DNA from: Octopus vulgaris
Lineage: Eukaryota
Direction of reading: 5' to 3'
Assembly (NCBI GenBank): GCA_951406725.2
Contig: OX597819.1
Coordinates: forward strand, 28,706,001 to 28,770,000
Length of the DNA stretch: 64,000 nucleotides
The notes below the pieces were generated by a model. It was not told the DNA's origin. It ran no database searches and was given only the letters and a program-made list of their open reading frames with translations. Each line of letters begins with the position of its first letter. The stretch's first letter is position 1. Made by a program: the position numbers and the translations under genes. Shown one piece after another: positions 38,190 to 50,639 of this stretch.

Positions 38190-38705
38190 TTCCCATATTC
38201 TGTGATGAAGCTAACATTCTTTAGGATATTAAATGATGCTGGAAACAGAAATAGACAACACGATAATACCTAAAGAACAAAAACATTATGAAAAATATAC
38301 ATATATGTTTTGGTATTTTTCTGTTTTATTTCAGAAAGGTACAAGTTTTTATGAAACTGTATTTAAGCATGCAATCAAGATTCCTTAATAAATTAGGTAT
38401 TAATCAAATGAATTCAAAATTATACTGTTTCAGCATTTTGGTGGTAATTTTCTGTCTTATTAAATAACTGATAGAAGATAAAGACATGCCTGACTACAGA
38501 TAACACTAACTGAATTACAAGAACTATTTACAGTCTTTTTCCATTCCGTTTTGTTTGAAACATATATTGTGTTTAATTAGCAATATCACCTGGGTTCAAA
38601 CAAATAGCTTAGGAAATTTGCCATAAAATTTCACAAATAAAATGACACTTCTAAAGTGAAACTAAAACACAAATTAATAAACTAAAATATTCTATATTCT
38701 ATATA

Positions 38706-39109
38706 GGCGCAGGAGTGGCTGTGTGGTAAGTAGCTTGTTTACCAACCACATGGTTCTGGGTTCAGTCCCACTGCATAGCACCTTGGGCAAGTGTCTTCTA
38801 CTATAGCCTTGGGCCGACCAAAGCCTTGTGAGTGGATTTGGTAGACGGAAACTGAAAGAAGCCCGTCGTATATATGTACATATATATATATATGTATGTT
38901 TGTGTGTCTGTGTTTGTCCCCCTAGCATTGCTTGACAACCGATGCTGGTGTGTTTATGCCCCCGTTACTTAGTGGTTTGGCAAAAGAGACCGATAGAATA
39001 AGTACTGGGCTTACAAAAGAGTAAGTCCCGGGGTCGAGTTGCTCGATTAAAGGCGGTGCTCCAGCATGGCCGCAGTCAAATGACTGAAACAAGTAAAAGA
39101 GAGAAAGAG
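38706..39109 (+). mobile_element. tRNA-derived SINE type A, full length
   Basis: A box TGGCTGTGTGG, B box GGTTCAGTCC, CORE-like CCTTGGGCAAGTGTCTT, internal TA/TG microsatellite, AAAAGAG-type tail. Confidence 0.9.
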
Positions 39110-39321
39110 ATATATTGAAGGTGCAGGCATTACTGTGTAGTTAAGAAACTTGCATTGTGGCTATGTGGTCTTGGGTTCAATCCTATTGCATGGCACCTTG
39201 GGCAAGTGTTTTCTACTGTAACCCTACGCCAACCAATTTCTTGTGAGTGGATTTGGTTGATGGAATCTGAAAGAAGCCTGTTTTTTTTTTTGTTTTACTG
39301 ATGCACCACCATTTGTGTGAT

Positions 39322-39440
39322 GCTTACAGTACCTAGGTTTCCCAAGCGGTCACCCATTTAAGTACTAACTAGGCTCGATGTTGCTTAACTTCAGTGATCG
39401 GATGAGAACCGGCTGTTTTTAATGTGATATGGCCGTAAGC
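39322..39440 (-). pseudogene. 5S rRNA pseudogene (or SINE3 head)
   Basis: GCTTACGGCCATATCAC...CCGATCACTGAAGTTAAGC...TTAGTACTTAAATGGGTGACCGCTTGGGAA...TGTAAGC, 119 nt. Several substitutions and no oligo-T terminator. Confidence 0.88.
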
Positions 39441-40511
39441 CTCTGTCTTTGCTAAACAACGTGATATGTTGTTTATATAACCACAACATCTTACATTCAG
39501 TCAAGTGATACCTTCTAATTCTACACCAAATATCAAATTTTGGAGAAATTATGAAAGAATTGCATATTATCGACATCCATAGACAACCATCAGGTCTTTA
39601 AAGACTCTTAACAATGGCAAAATTAACATCAGAAGATGGGAGGAGGAAGAAAAATAAGGAAAGAGAGAAAAGAGAAAAAAGGGGGGAAGAAAGATGGGGA
39701 TGGTGGTGGTGGTGGTGGGTGGAAAATAAAATGAAATTCAATAAAGACTGAAGAAGATGAAAAACATTGCTCTCCTCCTCCCCCTCCTCATCCTCCTCCT
39801 CACACCACCCTCCTACTACTACTCTTCCTCCTCCTCGTTCTGCTTCCCATGTTCCCTGCCTTTCCTCTTCAGTTTCTACTGTATTTTTCTTCCTCTTTTT
39901 CACCCACCACTTTTTAATTTTTTCACTCATCCCATCCCCACATATCTGCTACCATTCTGATAGCATCCTTTCATCCATCCATCCATCCATTTGTTTTTTT
40001 TTTTTGTTTAATTATTTATTCAGCTATTTATTTACATAAACTCCTCTCTCCCACTTCTCTCAACTATCTCAGCCTTTTTTCTTTTTTCTTCTTTCTTTTA
40101 CTTCACCTTACATACCCAGCTCTTACCGTTTCTATCTCTTTTACCCACTCTAGCTCCATTTCCACTGCCTAACATCCCTCTTTCCCTTCTTGTTTGTGAG
40201 TTCTCTTGAGACTGTCCAGACAAATGCTATCTACAGGGATAAATTCTGTTTTAAGTCCTATTTTGAAATATTTTGACTGAGGAATGTATTATGTAAGTAA
40301 TTTCTTATACAATTGATGTATTCAAAATATCAATATTTGGTAAGTATTTACTGCATGTTATATGATATCATTCCATTTCAATTTAGCCCATCATTTAGAT
40401 GGTTAATGTAAGAAGGATTTAGGAATGGAATGTTTCACTTGACCCGAGTCAAAAAATTTTGGTAAAGTATACCACATCAATTCTAACCCCCAATATACAT
40501 ACATATATATA

Positions 40512-40592
40512 TATCTGATGAGAATAAGGTTACATAACTAGACTGTTATCTAACACTCCATTGAACCCTTGTGTGAAACCAATTGGTAAGAT
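40512..40592 (+). ncRNA. Type I HHR motif, 5' stem I eroded into (TA)n
   Basis: CTGATGA-GaATAAGGTT..AACCCTTGTgT-GAAA-CCAATTGG-TA-AGAT; palindromic stem III ACCAATTGGT. Confidence 0.65.
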
Positions 40593-40721
40593 CAGCTGTA
40601 ATGGATATATAATACTGTACACTTTGATCAGTATATATGTATGTGTATTTATTATATATATATATATATAATAAGAGAAAAAAATCTATCAGAAAGGAAC
40701 TCTATCTCTCTTAAAAAAATA

Positions 40722-40761
40722 TCTTTTGATAAGCATAACAAATGCGCAACCGGTAAAAAGA
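40722..40761 (+). ncRNA. Degenerate minimal HHR
   Basis: TCTT-TTGATAA-GCATaacaaATGC-GCAA-CCGG-TA-AAAAGA; same ACCGGT stem III and T-starting core as 5186-5223. Confidence 0.4.
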
Positions 40762-41127
40762 ACTTTCACCTAATTAAATACACTCTCCCTTACTTAAATT
40801 ATTTTGTCAGCATTTTCTTCATTTCCTTTTTATATATATATATATATATTTATATATACACACACGCACATACACACACACATGCACACACACACACATA
40901 TATACATACATACATATATATACATAATGATGCATTAAATGTTTATAAATTCCATCCAAAGATTATCATTATTATTACTATATTTATCCTACATTATATC
41001 AGACCAGCTTAATGCAACCCCAAAAGCTGGTTCACCAGTCAGCATCATTAGACTGTGGCCAGAATGATGGAACAGGAGCTTTATTTGCATATTCAAAATG
41101 TTTCCTGTAAACAAATTTAAAAGATGT

Positions 41128-41168
<41 letters not shown>

Positions 41169-41451
41169 TATACATGTATATCTATCATATTATAGCTGCA
41201 TGGCAGAAATATGAAAGAAATACATATATATGTATATCATCATCATCACCATCATTTAACATCTGCTTTCCATGCTGGCATGGTTTAAATGGTTCGACTG
41301 GAACTGGTAAGTTGGAGGGCTGCACCAGATTCTGGTCTGATTTTGCATGGTTTCTACGACTGGATGCCCTTCCTAATGCCAACCACTCCAAGAGTGTAAT
41401 GGGTGCTTTTTACATGCCACCATACATACATATATATATATATATATATTT

Positions 41452-41638
41452 GGAAAAAAACAAAAGATGAAGACAGGTGGTGTACAAAACAAACAGATGT
41501 ATTAGTATAATGCTCAGGAATAGAAAAAGTCTTTTACGTTTCAAGCCTACGCTCTTCTACAGAAAGGGACACAGTAAAAAACAAGGAGAGAAAAAAATGT
41601 GTGTAGTGGCTAACGATCTATCATGGCGTCTGACTCGG

Positions 41639-41641
<3 letters not shown>
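41452..41641 (-). mobile_element. Solo PLE3-type terminal repeat with HHR motif at 41531-41566 (further degenerate copy 57680-57860)
   Basis: Reverse complement matches 60065-60280; CTTT-CTGTAGA-A-GAGCgtagGCTT-GAAA-CG-TA-AAAG; both ends in (TA)n. Confidence 0.8.
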
Positions 41642-41674
<33 letters not shown>

Positions 41675-42627
41675 TATGTATATGTGTGTGTGTGTATGTG
41701 TTTTATACTGCTATTCAATTCTATATAATTATAAATTAGAGCCAATAACTTTTTATGTAGACATCTCTTAAAAAAAGTTCAACACATATCTAGCTTTTGT
41801 GTATTTCACAGATGGTTATCTAAATTCTTTTCTAAAATATTCAAAATGATTATTGTAATAGGCAATAAAAGTAACAAGACAGCAGTCTTTCAAATGTTTT
41901 TTTCACTGCAATATATCCACCACTTATCACCTCTATTGTTAATTGAAGGGAATTTTTCTGTGATTTTGCTTCTCAACATGTATGTACATTTGGGGGAAAA
42001 TACCTTTGTGAAAATATTGTGGAAATTAATTTTCTGACTAAAAAGTGAATGGCCAAAAAGCACACAGTTGCATGTTGTATAGGGGCTGGTTTTAGTTAAA
42101 GTTACTTTCTTGAGCCTTGCTGAATTATAAGGGCTGCTTTCCTGGTATCTATGGCGTATAAATTCTCCACCTGGACAGGATGCTAGTCCATTGCAGGATT
42201 ACTCATTTTTGCCCGTTGAGTGGACTGGAGCAATGTGAAATGAAATGTTTTTCTCAAGAACATGATGCATCTCCTGATTCAGGAATTGAAACCACAATCT
42301 TACAGTTATGAGTCTAACACCCAAACCACTTAGCCATGTGACTCCACAGTTGGCATTGGGGCATGCATTCAGCTGTAGAAATTTTGCCAAAGCAGACATT
42401 AGGGCTGATGCAGTCCTCTGGCTTATTGGATCCTGTTGAACCAGCCAGACTATGCCAATATAGAAAACAGATATTAAACGGTGATGATAATACATACAAA
42501 CATGCATAGATAAAACTGGCACTCTGTTGGTTATGACAACAAAGGTTCCAGGTGACCCAATCAGCAGAACAGCCTGCTCATAAAATTAACATGCAAGTAG
42601 CTGAGCACTCCGTAGACACGTGTACCC

Positions 42628-42850
42628 TTAATCCTTTAGCATTTAAACTGGCCATATCTGGCCAAAAGTATTCTGCCTGTTTTATGTTCAAACTGGCCAT
42701 ATCTGGTCTCTCACACCAACCCTACAATATCGTTTTAAAACTTAATGGCTACCTCATCAAAATCTCATAGCTACAAGGTAATGCATGATTAATTCAAAAC
42801 AATGTGGATGAAGAAGCATTAATTTTGGCAGAATGTGAACACTAAAGGGT
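42628..42850. mobile_element. piggyBac-like MITE (copies at 55604-55829 and about 29995-30188)
   Basis: TTAA-(T/C)CCTTTAGCA...CACTAAAGGG ends; AAAGGGTTAA is intact in the 55.8 kb copy. Confidence 0.7.
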
Positions 42851-42879
42851 CTTCGTCTTTTGTTTTTTTCGTAAACTCT

Positions 42880-42921
<42 letters not shown>

Positions 42922-43312
42922 TCTCTTTTACTTGTTTCAGTCATTTGACTGCAGCCATGCTGGGGCACCGCTTTTAGTTGAGCAAATCGACCCCAGGACT
43001 TATTCTTTGGAAGCCTAGTACTTATTCTATTGGTCTCTTTTGCCGAACCACTAAGTTATGGGGACACAAACACACCAGCATCGGTTGTCAAGTGATGTTG
43101 GTGGGGACAAGCACAGACACAAACACACTCACATATATATATACATATACATATATATGACAGGCTTCTTTCAGTTTCTGTCTACCAAATCCACTGACAA
43201 GGCTTTGGTCGAGCCGAGGCTATAGTAGAAGACACTTGCCCAAGGTGCCACGCAGTGGAACTGAACCCAGAACCATGTGGTTGGTAAGCAAACTACTTAC
43301 CACACAGCCACT

Positions 43313-43367
<55 letters not shown>

Positions 43368-43883
43368 ACATACATAAGAGTGTTGTAGTTTGCTGGAAGC
43401 AGTGTGGTATCGAAGAAGGGAAAGAAAATGGAAAATGGAAAAGCTTCTGACAATGCAGAAAGTTTCACAAAACCTTTATATTTCAGGTGCAAAGGCCCAC
43501 CTTCAGAAGAAAAACAGTCGGGGAAGTGTCTAGTTTTATAGATTCTGTTAACCTATTCAAATTCCTCAGTATTATGTTAGCAGCAGTAGCAGTCACTCTC
43601 CAAATATGCATATATGTGTGTGTGTGTGTGTATATGTGTGTGTATGTGTGTATATATGTGTGTGTGTGTGTATGTGTGTATATATGTGTGTGTATGTGTG
43701 TATATGTGTGTGTGTATATGTGTGTGTATGTGTGTATATATGTGTGTGTGTGTATATATATGTGTGTATATATGTGTGTATATATGTGTCTGTGTGTATG
43801 TGTGTATATATATGTGTGTGTGTGTGTATATATGTGTGTGTGTATGTGTGTGTATGTGTGTGTATATATGTGTGTGTGTATAT

Positions 43884-43923
<40 letters not shown>

Positions 43924-46900
43924 TGTTCCCCTCCTATCTCTTGACAACTGATGCTGGTATGTTCCAGCCAAAGAAACCAATAGAATAAGTACTAGGCTTA
44001 CAAAGAATAAGTCTTGGGGGTTGATTTCTTTGACTAAAACCCTTTAAGGTTGTGCTCCAGCATGGCCAGAGTCAAATGACTGAAACAAGCTAAGAAAAAA
44101 GAAGAATATATATATATTCCATTATGCGTCTGCTGTCTATTATCTATCTATCAATTTATTGCAAAATTCTTTTAAGAGTAAAAGGCAGCATATTTTATCT
44201 CAATGAGATTCCTGTATTCTTTAAAGTTTAGATTATTTACTTGTTCAGATAAAACAAATCAAAACTTTTATATTGTCAAAATGTAAAACAACTAAGAAAT
44301 GTAAATAATTTGGTATACAGAATTATTGTTTAAACTGATTGTATGAAATCACACCAAAATGTATAAAAACAAAAAAAAGGCAATAGGTTGGTGGCAATAT
44401 CAATCCCAAAACATAATACGATACTTTGATTTCTTTTTTATGCTTTTGATCCGAAATAGAATGGAAACTATTTGCTGTAAAGATGATTGAAATCTTATAA
44501 ATTTATTAACTTTGATGATAAATTGAAAACAAAATTAAAAATTATACCTTATTTTTGCTATTGATAATCTAAAACTAAAAATTTCTTTGAATATTTCAAA
44601 AGGAAATAATCTCATGTAGAATAGAGTTATTTAACAGAGAAATGAAATCACTAATGGTTGTAAAAAAAAAGAACAAAAAAAAGAAGAAGAATAGCATCTA
44701 TATAATAATGGAGTGCTTTTGCATTAGTATTTACTTTCAGTATACAGAAATAAACTTTGAATTTATGTCAAATGTAATTATGTCACTATTTGCATAATGT
44801 ATACTTATTTGTAAAAGATATAAGCATTGTCTACAACAAATTTAAATATTGCTGTAATATATGCACAATATCACTATGAAAATAACAATTACTGTGAAGA
44901 TGTCAAGTCATATTTAGCGTATACAGCTCATTTATCAATTTTAGTTGGTAAATTAATTTTATATCGCCAGACACCTGTAGTGACACATGATATATCAAGA
45001 TTATGATTATCTATATGATTCATAAGTTTAACATCAAAAATTAGTTATTCATATAGCTTGTATATCAAATTAAATATTAGTTATTGGTATGGAAACAGTT
45101 ATATAAGTTTATCACCAGTAATGATATTTTTTCACTCTTTTAAGCTGTAAGAAATCTATCAGTAAATGAGCAAATAAAAATAATAAAATGAATGAATAAA
45201 TATAATATTCTGTTGTTGAACTTTTAACTGAGTCTCTTTATTCTGTAAAGTGCCATGTCATAGGAAAGTTCAGTGGCGAACTTACGTTCCTTCTTTTATC
45301 CTTTACCTCTGTACTTGTTTCAGTCATTGGATTGCAGCCATTCTGGAAGCAGGGCTTTGAAGGTTGTTTTTTTTACTCAAACAAATTGACCGCCAGCGCT
45401 TATTTCATCTTAAACCTGGTAATTATTCTGCCCATCTGTTTGGCTGAATCAATCAGTTAGGGGATGTAAACAAACATATATGCATGCATATAAACGGCGG
45501 CGAGCTGGCAGAACCGTTAGCACGCCGGGCAAAATGCGTAGCTGTTTTTCGTCTGCCGTTACGTTCTGAGTTCAAATTCCGCCGAGGTCGACTTTGCCTT
45601 TCATCCTTTCGGGGTCGATAAATTAAGTACCAGTTATGCACTGGGGTCGATGCAATGACTTAATCTGTTTGTCTGTCCTTGTTTGTCCCCTCTATGTTTA
45701 GCCCCTTGTGGGTAATATAGAAACATATATGCATGCACATACACATGCACACACATGCACACATACACACATGCACACATACACACACACATATATATAT
45801 ACACAACAGGTTTCTTTCAGTTCCTGTGCATCAAATCCTCTTACAAGGCTTTGATTGACTTGGGGCTACAGTAGAAAACACTCTCCCAAGGTGTCACATA
45901 GTGGGACATGATCCAAGAGCACATGGCCGGAAAGGAAGCTTCTCAACTACACAATATTCATGTTAAATTTTTATGGAAATTAATAAAGAAAATGAAGACT
46001 TATATATAAAAAGAAAAAAAACCTATATTTCTTGGTTCATCATCAGTCATGTTTCTGTTCACTGATATTTTAATCCTGCCAAATTTATTTTCTGAAAATG
46101 TTTGACTGTGTGGTAAGTAGCTTGCTTACCAACCACATGGTTCTGGGTTCAGTCCCGCTGCATGGCACCTTGAGCATGTGTCTTCTACTAGAGCCTTGGG
46201 CCGACCAAAGCCTTGTGAGTAGATTTGGTAGACAGAAACTGAAAGAAGCCCGTCGTATATATATATATATATATATTGTCTGGCACCTGTGTCGGTGGCA
46301 CATAAAATCACTCACTACACTCTCGGAGTGGTTGGCGTTAGGAAGGGCATCCAGCTGTAGAAACACTGCCAGATCTGACTGGCCTGGTGCAGCCTTCGGG
46401 CTCCCCAGACCCCAGTTGAACCGTCCAATCCATGCTAGCATGGAAAGCGGACGCTAAACAATGATGATGATGATGATATATATATATATATATATATATA
46501 TGTGTATATGTATGTGTGTGTATATGTTTGTGTGTCTGTGTTTGTCCCCCAACATTGCTTGACAATCGATGGTGGTGTATTTACATCCCCGTAACTTAGC
46601 GGTTCGGCAAAAGAGACTGATAGAATACAAAGCTTACAAAGAATAAGTCCTGGGGTTGATTTGCTCGACTAAAGGTGGTGCTCCAGCATGGCCCCAGTCA
46701 AATGACTGAAACAAGTAAAAGACTAAAAGAGTAAAGAGTTTAAATATTTCATATGTTTTTTACGTGTCACTGGTACAGGTGTCTTTTCTGTGTTACCTGC
46801 TCAGGTACTATTTGCATGTCACTAAGTTTGATGTTTCATATAGCAGCTGTGAAAGAAGTCTGAAATGCAGAAAAGTGAACTAGAATTAAAATATCAGATG

Positions 46901-47427
46901 AACCAATAGTAAATTTAACAGAGTCTATGCATCGCATGAGATCTATCAATATCTATAAAGCTGAGATGCAAAAAAGTTTATTGATTTCTTGGTTATTTGT
47001 CTCATTTTGGGATGGGAACGGTTTAAGGGGCAGTAGATGGGGTCGGATTGGTGCCAAAATTTAAACTGGGAGGGTAAAATGGGGGTGGGCAATGGTGTGA
47101 GGAGAGTTGCAAGTTGCTTGGGGCTACCGTTTGGTTGCCATGGTGAGGAATATGGAAAAAGGAGAAAAGAAAGAGTGGAAGAAGAGAAAGAAGATAAAGA
47201 CGAAGAAAAAAATAAGAAAAAGAAAAAGAAGAGGGCAATAAAAAGAACCAGGCAAAGAAGACGAACAAAGGAAGAAAGGGAAAAGGAGACAACACGCACA
47301 AAACAACACCACTGCCAAAACTCCAGCAAAGCACAGGTCAAAATAGCTAGTCTGTTGTAAATTTCTTATATATGCATTCAGAAACTGAGTACATATTTGA
47401 AGATCAGATCAATCTAGAGTACAGATA

Positions 47428-47823
47428 TCTTTATATATAAAAGTGAAGTTGTGTGTCTGTCTCCTACGATTTAGATTCCTAACTACTCCCACATTTTGCG
47501 GTGCAGTTTAACCAAAACCGGGTATCTTATAGTCGTGATTCATATCGAGCCCTTCTGGGTATTAGCGCGCATCTACGATGAGTCTACAATTTAAAAAATA
47601 ATTTACCATCATTTTTTTCCATTTTAATGCATTTTTCGCTATTATATAAGGGAAATAACTCTCTAGAAATGTCTACGATGAGTCAACGATTTAAAAAAAA
47701 AGTTACCATCATTTTTTTCCATTTTTAATGCATTTTTTGGCTATTTTTTGGCTATAACTCTCTAAAAATGCTTATATAGTTATTTCCCTTACAAACCCGA
47801 GCAACGCCGGGCGATACTGCTAG
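47428..47823 (+). mobile_element. Non-autonomous Helitron
   Basis: Inserted between A and T; 5' TC; 3' hairpin CCCGAGCAACGCCGGG then CTAG; internal about 100-bp duplication. Confidence 0.85.
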
Positions 47824-47894
47824 TATAAATATAAAACAAAGGTAATGGCAGGCCACTTTATTGGGCTGTTATCGAACACAATAAAAAATAAAGA

Positions 47895-48215
47895 CCCACT
47901 TCAGTCATGAATGACCATGGGATTGCACCTAGAAAGGTTCCCTCCTGGGCACAAGTCTGGGCAAGTTTGTTTATGGAAGACCAGCAGTCAGCCATGCATC
48001 CCAGTTTCTCCTCTCCATGCCACTGATGCTATCCAAGGGAAAGGCAAAGACCAATACATCTTGACACCTGTGACTTCACAACTCATTTTTACAGGTGAGT
48101 AAACTGGAGCAGCAGGAAATAAAGTGTCTTGCTCAAGAACACAGCACGGTCCAGGAATTGAACTCACTACCTCATGATTGTAAGCCTGACACTCTAACCA
48201 CTGAGCCTTCTGCCT
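47895..48215 (-). mobile_element. CORE-like tRNA SINE type D (copies about 42110-42345, 49965-50225, 53440-53645)
   Basis: Minus strand: GGCTCAGTGGTTAGAGTG...GAGTTCAATTCC...GTGTTCTTGAGCAAGACACTTTATTTC. Confidence 0.75.
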
Positions 48216-50322
48216 TCACCAAACATAATACAATCAAGGATTTATATAGGGGGGTATAGAAGTACTGTGAGCTAAGTTTCAAGTGAGCTCACATGTAGAG
48301 TTTTGAGAATTGAAAACATGAATTTCAAAAGTTGTACAGTTATAGGGACAGGCATAGTCATGTGGTTAAGAAACTTGTTTTGCAACCATGTGGTTGTGGT
48401 TTCAATCCCACTATACAACATGCTGGATATGCTTTCTACTATACCTTTGTTTGGCCATTACTTTAGGTGTAGGAGTGGCTGTGTGGTAAGTAGCTTGCTT
48501 ACCAACCACATGGATCTGGGTTCAGTCCCAATGCATGGCACCTTGGGCAAGTGTCTTCTACTACAGCCTCAGGCCAACCAAAGCCTTGTGAGTGGATTTG
48601 GTAGATGGAAACTGAAAGAAGCCTGTCGTATATATGTACGTACTTGCCCGGGATTAAGTTACGATTATTAAGCTAATCAAGTTCTTTATTTCACACCAAA
48701 CTAAGTAATATAGACGTCAAATTTTGGCGAAATCCGTTGAAATTAGTTATATTATATATATATATATATTACATATATTATATATATTTTATATATATTA
48801 TATATATATATATATATAATATAATATAAATATATATGGGCAACAGACACGAACACACATACACACATACGTATGTACACCTATTGCATGTTTTGTGCAC
48901 GCATACATGTTCATAAACAGAAATGAATGGAAAAAATGTTAAATTTGTAGATTAACTCTCGCACGATTTTCATAAAGAAAAAAAAATTGGGTTTTTTTTG
49001 CGTGGAATCAACTACTCTGGCCTCAAAACCTTTTTGTGGTCCGTGAAACGGAGTGGGATGTGGTGGGAGCCTCGCAAATTGTACCCATTTATATTGTGTA
49101 ATTCACTGACAAATTGTTACTCACCTCTTTGTTTCTTTGTTGTTAAATAAATGGATTGTCAACAAAACACTTTTTTACTCGGCATAAAATAAAAACAAAA
49201 CTCTTTCGCATCCAAAGTAATGTGTGTAAGAGAGAGAGAGGGGAGAAAGATGAACGATTTAAAATAAATAAATGATTTAAAATAAATATATTGTAATTGT
49301 TATGTGAGAAAGTATATATACTATGATTATAAAATATAGTGTCTTTCAAAAACAAAAAACAAAACATTTTACATTTTATTTTTTATGAACGTTGTCACTT
49401 ACTTTCTCTCTATCTCCCTCTCTCACTTTGTCTTTCCCATGAAACTTTTTGCCTCCTTCTTCCACTTTTCTTTATCTTTTTTTTTTGTTAGACGCTGTCA
49501 AAAAAGCAATGGCTGATATTTTTATGGCTAAAAGCAATGGCTGAAAATAGATTTTTATGCTATCCGTGGGTGCCTCGGTAAAAATATGTTGACAAAATCC
49601 AGATAGGGTGTTCATGAATGTCCTCCTAAAATTTGAGCGGCATGCGTGTTAATTTGTGGATGTGCATAAATTACAATCACATACACACACATGCACACAC
49701 ATCATGCCTTTTATAGATATGATATATGTATGTATGTCTGTGTTTGTTCCCCCAATATCGCTTGACAACCAATGTTGGTGAGTTTACGTCCCTGTTACTT
49801 AGTGGTTCGGCAAAAGAGACTGATAGAATAAGTACTAGGCTTACAAAGACCTGGGGGTCAATTTGCTCCAGCATGGCTACAGTCAAATGACTGAAACAAG
49901 TAAAAGAGTAAGTGGAAATTAGTTGGCAGAACCCCCCCCCCCCCCATATCCATACACACACACTGGTACTCTTTCAGTTATGACGATGAGGGTTCCAATT
50001 GATCTAATCAATAGAAAGACCTGCTCATGAATTTAACATGCAGGAAGATTCAGTGTAACAAGGCTGGACATCTAAATTGCAGGTACAACTCATTTTTGCC
50101 AGGTGAGTGGACTGGAGCAATGTGAAGTAAAGTGTCTTGCTCAAGGACACAGCACAGCACCAGGAATTGAACTCATGACTTTACAGCTCTGAGCTGAATA
50201 TCCTCAGCACTAAGCCATAGGCTTTTACATGTATGTATATTAAATATTACACACACACACACACACACACAAATATATATACACACATATATATTATACT
50301 ATAACATATTATTATATTATAT

Positions 50323-50385
<63 letters not shown>

Positions 50386-50639
50386 TATATATATCTGTGT
50401 GTGTGTCTGTGTATGTATATATATATATATAGGGTGCAGTGAATAAACTGTCATCTAGTTTATGCCAAAATGAAAATAACACTGACATCACATTTTAACG
50501 GATATATTTGCCAAAATTACATAAAATTATCTTGAAATACTAAAGATGACGACGACGACGATGATGATGGTTATGATGATGATGATGACGACGATGACAG
50601 TTATGATAAAATGTTGATCTACCAGTTTGGTCATTTTTA

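Noticed and set aside
38706-38785. tRNA gene calls for the SINE heads
   Set aside because: No complete cloverleaf, and each continues into a multi-copy SINE body.
34895-40300. Isolated splice-like signals (about 34903 acceptor, 38334 acceptor, 40293 donor) as host exons
   Set aside because: No recognisable peptide or consistent exon chain; transcript data would be needed.
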